A stretch of 64,000 nucleotides of DNA from Lama guanicoe. Taxonomy: Eukaryota. This document shows, one piece after another, positions 49,773 through 60,990 of this stretch; position 1 is the stretch's first letter; every line of letters starts with the position of its first letter. The translations under genes and the position numbers were made by a program. The stretch lies in assembly GCA_013239625.1 (NCBI GenBank), contig MU053594.1:124001-188000 (forward strand), given 5' to 3'. The notes under the pieces are model-generated. The model did not search any database, had not been told where the DNA came from, and was given only the letters and a program-made list of their open reading frames with translations.

Positions 49773-49837
49773 AGGAAACCCTACAGGCTCGTCCAGGGTT
49801 TCCAAAAGGGAAGACAGTGGTGGAGAGTGAACCTCTA

Positions 49838-49928
49838 TACACACACGCACACGCGCACACACACACACTTTCTCATATACACACACTTTCATACAGTCTC
49901 ACACGCACACTCTCACTCATATACACAA
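49838..49928. repeat. CA/CT-rich low-complexity repeat
   Basis: Direct reading. Confidence 0.8.
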
Positions 49929-50819
49929 GCCCCTGAATCTTTCATCACAAAGGTGGACCTGAAATGTCCCCTGAGCGCCAAGTCCGAGTGATCTGTGCCC
50001 CACTCTCCTTTGATGCTCCAGCCAGGAGCTCGTTACCCCAAGACAAGGAAAACCACAAAAGCTGAAACACACCATCTCATCACAGACATATGCCCCCACT
50101 CCTCTTATTAGAAACACTATTCTCTTGCAAACCCCTCACTTAAAACTGATTCTCTTTGACCTGTTCTCCTTGGAGAGAGACAGCAGAAGCGGACTATGAA
50201 GTTTTAGAGCCAAGGGGGCAAAAACTTTCAGTCCCTTCATCTCTTGGGGCCTAAGTTTCCTCCGGGAAGATAACAAGGGGCTCTCCAAGTTTTAAGATCC
50301 CATGATATACATTTGAGAATGTCAGGACTACCCCCAAAATATAATAGTAAAACCTTCCCCAAACTCTAGCCTGTTTCCTCCAGATCCTGTGGATTTTCTA
50401 AAGTAATCAAATATGCAATAGATTCAACACACTAATTTCAGACACACACCTGGGGTCCTGTGATAAAGTCAGCTGTGTCTGTGCAGCCAAGGATTAAACT
50501 TTCATAGAAATTTCATGATTTCATCAGTCACTAACTACAGAGGATTCATTAGGAGTGAGGGAAGAGCCATGGTTCCAGAATCCGGACCTAAGGAAAGTAT
50601 CTATCTCTGTTCTCCAGATGTCAGCACACACGCATAAAGGTCTTTGATGAAAACGTTTCTCATTACTCAGAGGACTCCAAAAATACTGTTTTGTGCCACG
50701 GAATTAAGATACTTCTGATTCCCATGCACTCCACAACATCATCAAAAGTCAATAAACACCCCTCAGTTGGTATACAGACAACTTCTGCTTGTCAAAAATC
50801 TCTTTCCTTCAAGACCCAC

Positions 50820-51748
50820 TGCAAATACACAGCAGACTACCTCGGCATGGTTTTCTCAGGATCTCCTCGAATGGCGTGTCCAAAACATAAACTTAATTAT
50901 TTTTCCACCCAGAACTTCTTTTATAGTCCCACTACCTGCCAGTTATCCAAGCCAAAACTCAGGGTCTCTCTCAGCTCGCCCCTCCCCATCCTGCCGAGTC
51001 AACAAGACCTGCCTCCACTTCAGCCCCGCCGTCTCCCTTCCCCTCCACCTGCTTTGCTGAGGTCCTAACTCAGCCTCCGTTCTCTCTCATCAAAACCACT
51101 CAACTGGCTCCGAAGTGGTGCCCCTGACTCCAGGCTAACTCCTGTATATCCATTCTCAGTGCCACACTCGGAGTGCTCTTGCTAAAATGTACTTCCTATT
51201 ATTTCACTCTCCCTGACAAAAAGCTTTCAACACTTTGCCCCAAACTGACAGAATTAAAATTTACATCCCCTTGGCTGAGCAGGCAAGACCTTCATAATAG
51301 ACTCAACATCACCTCCAACCACCACCTCTTCCTACCTCATCACACATCTCAAGCTCCAGGGAAACCCAACAGCCTGAAAGTTCTCTGCTCCTTCCTCTCC
51401 CGGGCCTTTGCACATGCTGTGTCTTCTCCCTGGAATGCCTTTCCATCTTGCCTAACTAGCGAACTCCATCTTGTCTTCCCAAATCCTGCTCAGACATCAC
51501 CTCCCCAGAAAAGTCTTATCTGCAGCCCCTCCCAAAGCACAATCACAGCTTTGCCTCCATTCCGTTTATCCCTTGTTCTTCATTTTATTACCACTTTTAT
51601 TACACCCTAATGTATTGTTGTGTCTCTGTATTTACCTCCCCCTACTAACTTATAAGATTCTTGGCGACAAGGACCATGCCTTCGGATTCCTATATCCCCA
51701 CTGTCTGGTATGTAGCAGAACTTAGTAAACATTTGTTGAAAGAATGAG
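50820..51748 (+). mobile_element. Long L2 3' fragment
   Basis: gggcctttgcacatgctgtgtcttctccctggaatgcctt...ataagattcttggcgacaaggacc...agtaaacatttgttgaaagaatga. Confidence 0.85.
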
Positions 51749-51997
51749 TCAGAGGTGGCCATGGCCCTCTTGGAGCTTCCAGTGCATCTCCTAATTGTCT
51801 TAGGGAACGTGTTTTATTCTGTCTTCAATTACAGCCGTTTGTGTACTAGTTCTAACCCCAAATTAAGAGCTAGGAAAAGGATTATGCCTCACCATTCTCT
51901 CTCCAACAGAGCCAAACACATCTAGCTAGGTGATCAGTAAATATTGATGAACTGAATAAAGGGAGTTCAAAGCTACTCCCCAGTGGAGATCTGGCTT

Positions 51998-52000
<3 letters not shown>

Positions 52001-52033
<33 letters not shown>
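52001..52033. repeat. (CA)n microsatellite
   Basis: Direct reading. Confidence 0.95.
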
Positions 52034-52035
<2 letters not shown>

Positions 52036-54347
52036 GCTCAACCACCTCCTTAGGAGGCCCTGAGAGGTTTCCAAACGTCCAAATATCCATCTTCTGAGCT
52101 GAGGGTTACAGAAGGTCAGATTCCAACCTAAGATCGAGGAGAAGTTCAACAAGGCTGAAAAGGGAGACTAGACTGTACATTTCAGGTCAGTGGCTCCCAG
52201 GTATTAACGGCCCCATCACCCTTCACTTTACCTCGAATGCCCATTAAATACACATGCATGCAGATGCTTACGCCCTTCTTCTAGAACTTTCTGCCCCCCA
52301 TTTCAGCGAACACACACTCACACACACCACCTGGGAGTTGGAAGTGAACGTTTTCTTGGCAAATAAAAAAAGAAGAGCACATGAAGCCATCTTCAGGGAG
52401 GGGAGGTGGCCCGCGGCCCGCGGCCCACGGCTCTGGACGCACGTGTGCAAGTGTGCAAACAGCATGTGAACGCACGTGTGCACCCTGGGAGCCGGCCCGG
52501 CGCTCACCCGCCTGCCTCCCTGCCCTTCTCCCTCCCTTCCCTCAGGAAAGATAAATTAGTGGCCTGTCAGCAGAGGACAGCCAAAGCAGTGGTGTTTCTG
52601 TAAAGGGGCAGTGGAAGTGTCTTTGATTAATGAAACCCTAATACTCGGCTGTTAGACAACCCCTCCTCAGCCGCTCTGAAGGAAGACAGATCCCTTCAGA
52701 CAGACTTTAAAAACAAGGGGAGAAAGTTCTAACGCCCACCCACCACCCCATCAGGAGCGCCCTCAGCCGGCCCTGTGGTGGGGGGGGCGGGATGGGGACT
52801 CCTGCTCCCACGTCCCCTCCAGTGAGTGCCCCTGGGGGCGCCCACTGGGAAGGAATGTGGGGGACCCACTCACTCTTCTCCCCTGGAGGCATGGGGACTC
52901 TCGCCTCCTCACTAAAACCAACACCTGCCGATGTGCTAAGAGTCCTCTTGAAGTCCCAACAATAGACATCAAAGCTGATGTTTGGGAGCTGAGATAACGA
53001 GGGAGGGAGTTAAAGAAAAAAAAAAAGAGGAGGGGGACAGGAAAGCAACACCAACAAAAAGTCCATCTCACCTTTGACCTCTGGAGAGGTGGCAGACCCC
53101 AAACACTTTAAATTGTGCTGGAGGACACACAATCTTCCTGCTCTGGGCACACCCACATGTAAAGAGCAGCGGTCCCTTTTTCGGGAAGGTCTTCCCTAGA
53201 TACAGCAATACAGAGCCTCAGCTCCTCAGGGGAGGGTACAGAAATTAAAGGAGTCTACCAGGTTTTCAGGAATGTTCCATCCATACACAATCTGGTCCTA
53301 CCTCCCCCTAACAAAAGAGGAAAAGGGAGGGAGGGATGGAGGATGGAATGAATGAATGAATGGATGAATGAATCTGTGCTCCTGAGAGCCTTATTTCTGT
53401 GCCTGGAATGATCTGCAAGACTTCTATGAGAATCAGCTCAGGACCGGAACATTCCAGGAAACACCTTCATTTCCACCCTGACTTCCATCCCATGCATTGA
53501 AAAATAACGTATGTTCTGTTCCGGGAAAAAACTCTGGTAAGAACTGAGACAAACTTTTTTCTTTTTAACAAATACTACAGCTTTAATTATCTCCCCGCTC
53601 CTTCTGTAGCTCTAAGGCTGGAACTTAGTGGTAAAGACACATCAATCTGATGAGAGAAGAGAAAGAATTTTTTTAAAATATTCCAGACATTCCAAGGTCT
53701 AAAGAACGATAAAATAAGCCATTCATATACACTGACACCACCTGTGTGTCCCCCTCCCTAATCAGATTTTCCCTCCCATCCCCCACATCCCAAAATAACA
53801 TCTCTCATCAATTTCCTACCTCCAGTCTCCATTATTCTGTCTTCCAACAAACATTTATCAGTCCCCTACTTTGTGACAAACATTGTACCAAGGATCAGGA
53901 ACACATTCTCCAGAAATCATCTCCAATTAGAATATCATATTATTCTAGACTCTTAAGAGAAGAACCACAGTATTTCTACTTATTTCCTGAAAGTATGTCA
54001 TGGAGACAGAAATAGTACTATTTTTACTGAATCACCTGGAGGTTATAAGACAGCCCACAGGATGAGTTTTTCAGAAACAATTTTATCCCTACCATCCATT
54101 ACTTCCACAAATAAATCAGCTTTTTAATAGAAAGAGAGCAGGGGCTTGGTCGCTTCATGTATTTAAAACAAAACTAATCTAATATCAATTCAACGACTTC
54201 TTGTTGAATGACTGACTGAATGAATAAATGACTACACAAATAAAAGAATGAACGCCAGGTTTCAGATGTAGACCATCTGGGTGACCAGACAGCTAACTAT
54301 GGCTGCCCCAATAACCTGAATAAAGTTGGCTTTGAAAAGGCTCCTAG

Positions 54348-54540
54348 AGAAACAGCAAAGTCCTACTGTACAGCACAGGGAACTATAGTCAATACCTTGT
54401 AATATCCTCTAATGAAAAAGAATGTGAAGAGGAACGTACATGTGTCACTGAATCACTGCGCTGTACATCGGACTTAACACACTGTAAGCCAACTATACTT
54501 CAACAGGAAATTAATTAATTAATGTTAAAGAAACTAAAAA
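54348..54540 (+). mobile_element. L1 3'UTR terminal fragment
   Basis: aagtcctactgtacagcacagggaactatagtcaata...actgaatcactgcgctgtaca...caactatacttcaa. Confidence 0.85.
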
Positions 54541-55689
54541 ACAGCCCCAACCAGCTTCCTTTAAGGAAGAGGGAAGGAGAGGATGGAAAATCAAAACAGA
54601 ATGAGGGATAACACGGAAGGGTCATTTACAGAATGTCTGCAGTTTTTAACCCCTTTTCCTGAACCGATCTCAAGCTAAAGAATACTTCACAAGGACAAAG
54701 ATCATGACACTTCTATTTGTCCCACATCATCTCACTCAATGCAAAACACCTGTCCAGTGCCCAATAAATTACCTGTTGAATAAACTGCCAGGAACTCACC
54801 TCGGGTGATTAAAAAAAAAAAAGGTCATGATTAGATGGGCTATAGACTGGGACTATCCTGAGATCAATGTTAGCAGCTCTAGAATTCCTTCCTCCCTTTC
54901 TTCCTTCCCCAAACTCCAACCAGTTTCCAAGTCAGTACTTCAACCTTATTTATGCATAGCATGCAATGTTGGACTTCCGTACCCCAGACAACTCTCTCGA
55001 AGGATGTACTGGTCTCAGAAGAGTGTTTTGGAGAAAGGAATGGGTGAGAGTTAACCTGTTCGCTAAATTACTTACTCATAAATAATGACTATACACTGAC
55101 TCCTGAAGACAGTGTAGAGTTCAAAGGTGAGTAAGAAGGAACCACAGGGTCTTTGCTCTCAAATGAACATCTGAAAAGGAAGGTTGCATCTGCAGAAGTA
55201 CTTCTGCCTTAAGCCAGAAAGCAGTAGGTCCTTTGAGGGGTCAAAATGAAGTGTATGGAAACAAGGATGGCTTTACGAAGTTTCCACTTCAACTAGGTCT
55301 TAGAAGACTAGGTGGGAGAGGAGACTAGGACAAACATGGGGTGAGGCTGCCTCCTGTGGACAGACCACTCTTAAGATGAGTCTCTTCAGACGAGGGAAAC
55401 CCATTAAGATGAGTCTCACACAGAACTCACCAGAACAATATTCCCCTTACAGAGAAAGGGTCCTCAGATGACAACGGAGTTCTTTACAGGAAAAAAAAAT
55501 CAGCCTTTTAACTTCACCCTCTTTTCTTCTTCCCTCCTTCCCTCCCTCCCTCTCTCGCTCAGCGTCTGAATTCTCTTTGCAAATTCAAATTTTAAAACGC
55601 GACAGTTAAAAGCTTTACACTATCCATTCTGTAGACATCATTGTGACATTTTAAAATTAGACAAATTACAAACATGTTACACGATAAAA

Positions 55690-55845
55690 GAACCATGATC
55701 AGAATTATAGGACAAGTGATAGACTGGAGAAAATATTTGCTATGCATTCAACAAATAAAGGATTAATATTTCTGATTTATATAGGAAGGGAACCAACATA
55801 CGTCTAAGGAAAAGACAAAAACCCAACAGAAAAACATGCAAATGT
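55690..55845 (+). mobile_element. Ancient L1 ORF2 fragment
   Basis: agactggagaaaatatttgc...aaaggattaatatt...aagacaaaaacccaacagaaaaa is a typical L1M ORF2 remnant. Confidence 0.7.
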
Positions 55846-57831
55846 TGTCAAGTTTTGATGTAGTCCAGTACATAGATGTAAAACTCTATATACTTCGGGT
55901 TTTGTATATGAGCTTTTAAATATATATACTATTTAAAAATATATATTTCTCCCCACACACATATCTGACAAGTGCTCACAAAAGAGAAATCCTTTATTGA
56001 AGTGGGCCTAGAAGCCTCCAAAAAGAACAGAGATTTAGGATAAAAAAGGGAAGAGGGGAAAAAAAATGTATCTCAACAGTAGCCAACCAAAACACGAGAG
56101 AGAAATAAATTCAGCATTCTGGCATCTGCGGACCCAGAAAAACTAGACTCCAGATTAAATTCATTAAGAAAACCACCCACAACAAACCCACAGCACCAGG
56201 AGAGGGAGATGGAAGAAGGGATGGGAGAGGCTGAGCGCGGCGGAAACAGAGGTGTGAGAAGAAACCCCGTGGAGGAACCTCCGCCCAGCACAGGACACGG
56301 TGGTCTCCGTCTTATTCATAACGTTTGCCTTGGCTGAGGTTCTAACGCACAAAAACATCTGTACAGAAGGAAGCAACTGATTTCAGTGAGATCATTCCGG
56401 AAACTTTTCACGTACTGAGAGTAATTTCACGAAAGGACCACGCCGTTCATGTTAGCGCTGGACGAATGATGGAGTGGTCAGCGGCACCCGCCAGTTTCTC
56501 TCTCTCCCTGTCGGTGTGAAAGTGAAGAGGTGGGGGAGGCTGGTTCAGAGATGGAGAGGGGAGGAGAGGAACAATTTAAAGAGCACAGCCAATTATATAG
56601 GTTGGTTTTAATTTTGAAACCAGTGCTTAAATACCAGTGGTATTGCCTTCAGCCCTCTGGAAACTACAGTGTAATTAGGTTCACTCAACTTAACTTAAAA
56701 CATGTCCAGTCATTAAAATTTTTCTGGATCCAGCCAAGTTATCACACACACACACACACACATCCCTAAGCCAAAAGTACATCAAGTCCCCAAGAAACAG
56801 CAAAAACACGTCACTGCTTTTGCTTTTCAGAAACCAGGCTCATGTTTCCTGACCTTCCTTAAAGATAATGTTCTCACGATTAATTAATTTATGAACAGTG
56901 CCCCCCTGCCCGCAACATACACAACAGGTTCTATGCAAATTCTTGAGCTTTTAAATTATACTGTTAATGAAAGCAAATAAAGGCAGTTAAAAGGCAATTT
57001 GCTCAATTGGTGTTAATATTTAAGCACAGCATGTGTAAAAACAAGATCACAGAATTCAGTTTTTACCAAGAAAACTTTAACCCAACTTCATTTGGAAAAG
57101 ATCAGACGTGTTACCGAGAATCTGTTTTTCCCTTACCCTTCAGCATCAGGTAATGAGGCTTTTTATTAAGCAAATATTTCACATTAACTTCATCAGTTTC
57201 TATCACTTAGAAATTCCAATCTATAAAATCAAATCAGCTTAATCATGTTTAGATGAGATCCAGCATCCTGAAGGCAAACGAAATTGTGGACGTCTTCCCT
57301 CTCCTTGGCACACTCAAGCACCAAGATTCCAAGATGTCAGAATGGAAGGGTTCCCACCGCCTCCCAGACCTCGAGGTCTCCCCTGCTGCCTGACTCTTCT
57401 TATTCCTAGAATCTGAACCAGTGAAACCGACCCACCAGTCTTGGCATCTCTGCCGACTGTTTTAAATCACTCTCACGCAAAAGCCCTAAAACTTTACTAA
57501 CCGGGCAAGAGCAGTTGCTGTGACGTTGCCTGGAGTGCGCCTGGACTCCCCCACGGAAGAGAAAGCTATCCAGGTCAGATCTGTAACATGGAACGTCCCC
57601 TGGTGACCCCAGATTACTGCTCCGGGTGGGGGTTCTGCACACAGCTTGCTGCAGAAGACTCCTTAACGTTCCCTCTTCCACTTTAAGGTCTGGGTGAAGT
57701 CCCAGGGTCTCCCCGAAAACCTGAGCCCTTCAAAGGGAGAGGAAAAGGGGGTCGGGGGAAGTTAAGAGGGTCAGCCTTTCTGGGATGCTGAGGTCCCCCA
57801 CCAGAAGCCCTGAGCACCATCCCCCCCAGCT

Positions 57832-57833
<2 letters not shown>

Positions 57834-57871
<38 letters not shown>
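57834..57871. repeat. (CA)n microsatellite
   Basis: Direct reading. Confidence 0.95.
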
Positions 57872-57873
<2 letters not shown>

Positions 57874-59124
57874 TCCCCCACATTCCATACACGCCTTCTC
57901 TGGGACTCTGGTGCCCTCAAAAGAAGCTATTGAAAAAAAAAAAGAGGAGTACAATTTTGACTGTGATGTTGAATTATCAGGCTCCCCTATAGGGCCCCGT
58001 GTGGCCCCCACCAGCTGCTGCCCCCAGTCCTGGATCTTCTGGTGCATCTCAGTTTCCCTCACTGCTCTGCCCAGCTGTTCATCTGGACCACGGTTCCCAC
58101 GCTTTCCGTCAACACACCCCACTGCCGAAGAGAACCAGGCCTCTAAGAGAATGGGCCAGGTCTGCAAGGCACTGCCTCCAGGAAGCCAGTTTCGGCTCCA
58201 CCTCTGCCTGGACCCCACCGGCAGGACAGCCCCCAACAGACACAGCCTCGTCTCTGAATTCAGTCACTAAATCTCTCCACTCCTCTCCTTCCCATTCCTC
58301 CCTCCCCCGCCCCCAAGCCTGCTTATCCCCAAACCATTTCTATTCGATTAAGGGGACTGGCCACAGCAAGGATGTTTACATTAGGCTCACTTCCAGGCCA
58401 TAACCCGTCCTGAGGGAACGCATTCCTGATGGGGCAATGGAAAAAAACTATGCAGAACATCTGGGCCTCCCTGCGCTCCTAACTCCGGCCTTGGGGACCT
58501 CCATCAACTCCAGGTCCCCCCGAGAGCGGGCAGTATCACCAGGATGTGGGGGGCAGGGTCTGGCTTCAGGGTCTGGGGTGCCAGCGAAGCTGCAGACATT
58601 TTCAGTCTAGCGAAGACCTGGCCAAGCCAAAGATGTCCCACCTCAACACACAGAGAACCAATCTCACTCACCGCAGACCGGCTCTTATTTCTGGGGAAAC
58701 AGCATTTTGCAGAAGGCCAGTTCAGCCCTGGGACAAAGGTCCTCAGAAAACCGCCACATTCAAATGGAGAGCTAATGAAAGGCCAAAGCAGTCTCCACTA
58801 GAAGAAGAAACAGGCATTGTTTCTCAAGGATGGGGACGTGCCCCATACCCTTCCTCCACCTGACTCCTTCCAAACCCTGCCCCCTCAACAGCGCCAGGTC
58901 TCAGCTGAGTTAAGCCTGTCAGGGGGGATAGGACCACGTACGTGCCCCATCCGCAGCCCCCAGATGGGACTGACCCACTGCAGAAGCAAACACAGGAGGC
59001 GGGTATAACCGCAGTTTGGTGAGGCCAGTTCTGACCACATACCTTTATCTAACCATCAACCCTAAAGCCAGCCTATCCCAGGACCCACACGGAAAATCCA
59101 AGAAGGCATTCGGAACTCAGGCTA

Positions 59125-59330
59125 AGTAATTAGACAGACCTGGGTTTGATTTCCAGCCACCCAACTTAAAAACCGGGGCTAGATGTCTAACCTCTTTGAA
59201 TTTGTCGCGTGTACAGATGAGGTCTCTCATCTGTAACACCAGGATGCCAAAGGTCTGTCGTGGGGACTGAATGAGGTAATGTGTACCCAGCACTGAGCTC
59301 AGAGCCTGCCACACCACAGGTGGTCAACCC
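59125..59330 (+). mobile_element. MIR SINE
   Basis: agacagacctgggtttgatttccagc...ctctcatctgtaac...gactgaatgaggtaatgtgtacccagcactgagc. Confidence 0.75.
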
Positions 59331-60002
59331 ACGGGAGCCACCTCCTGCAACCCATGCCTGAGGAAATGGGTCACCACCACCACCAGCTACCCTCTTAACC
59401 CCTCCTGGCTAATTTCCCCATCTGTTAGGTGTCTTGTAGAGAGTGAGTGGGAAAGGGTAGGGTGGAGAGGGAAAAAGAGAGAGATGAGCTCAATGGTTCA
59501 CCATGACGTTAAAGAGAACTCCTTCCAAAACAGGGAGGCAGGAAGCTATGAGGGAGGAGGTCTGTGAATAACCACATGGACATCAATTCCATTCTAAACA
59601 TCAGATACGCACCGTGACCGCTTCTGCAGCAGCAAAAGCTGGCTCACTGATTCATGCTGGGCTTTTTAAAAAAAAAAAAAAGGGCAGAAGACAAGAGAAA
59701 AAGATTTCTAAGATGCTGGTGATGATACATGTTCGACTCCTGAACAGAAAGACTTTCCAATGGCTGCAAATATTTTGTGCACTCAGCTGTCCTCTGTGCC
59801 CTCTTTTGTCAGGGCTTGGGGTCTCAGAGCTAAAGCTGGCACCAAAAGACCATCTGGGGCTGCTGTCTTACACACAGAGGTTTACAGAGCTCAGTGAATG
59901 AACCCGAGAAGTAATGAATGATACGCCGTATGGTCCCCGTCAGCCTCTCCCCTCACAGGCAGCATTCAAACCCTCCCCGCGTCTTCCACAATAAATGCTT
60001 CC

Positions 60003-60050
<48 letters not shown>
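60003..60050. repeat. (TAA)16 trinucleotide microsatellite
   Basis: Direct reading; perfect repeat. Confidence 0.97.
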
Positions 60051-60051
<1 letters not shown>

Positions 60052-60869
60052 GGTAGGAGGTGGAAAAGGGGTCCCATTACAAGGAAGGCCAACTTCAAAA
60101 AAAAAAACTTCGCCTCAATCTCCTGCTAAATTCTCTATTCATTCAGGTTAATTGGAAAATCTCTCTCCCTAAATAGGACAGAAAAAAAAAAAACAGCTAA
60201 ACTGCACACTGACACCGAGCCCAGCCCTCTCAGTCTAGTGATTTTCCTCTTTGAAAAACATCTATCTCCAAGGTCAGTTTTATCAACGTATTCTGGAATC
60301 AAGAGTATATATAGTTCTTCCCCCAAGATGCGTACGTATAAATCCACGTCTCACAGCTGAGACAAAGTCAGGGCTACATACCCAAGCCCGGGGGAAGAAA
60401 TCACCTTTCAGCCACTTTTAAACGCTGTACAGCTCTTCCTCAGGGGCGGAAGATCCAGCCCTGCCCTCACTTTGGTGGGATCAAATACCACATTCTCTGG
60501 AGAAAAGACAGTGTGGGAGAGACGCTTTCTCTCCAAACGGACCTGCACGGCCACACTTGTGGATTTATTCACTCTGAACGACCAACTGATTCATCACCAG
60601 GGAGGCTAAAGCATGAGAAAACAGGGCTAATCTGAGAAAGTTAAATCAGCTCTAAATGCAAAACGTTTTATGTATAATGCTACTGTAAGGTATGCAGAGC
60701 TCTCCTCTGGACATCATCAGAACCAAAATAGGAGGGACCCCAGGCAGGCTTCCAGGCAGGTGAGTCACGTGATTCCCAAGGCCCCTTCCAGGACCTGGAC
60801 TGTAATGCAACAGAGGGAATCCAAGAAGGCAGAAGGTGCGTAAGTTAAGCAATCAGCCAGGTGCGCGCG

Positions 60870-60990
60870 TCTCATTCAGGCTATGACCCTCGTTGACAGG
60901 GAGACCTTGGACAAGTCATTGAGCCCTCTGGGGCTCCATTCTCTTATCTCACCTACAAAATCAAAGGGATGACCAGGATCCCTCCCACCT
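60870..60990 (+). mobile_element. MIR/MIR3 fragment
   Basis: gaccttggacaagtcattgagccctctggggctcc...cacctacaaaatcaaaggg. Confidence 0.65.

Noticed and set aside
59918..60151. ORF with a poly-Ile run resembling a transmembrane helix
   Set aside because: It is simply the translation of the (TAA)n microsatellite.
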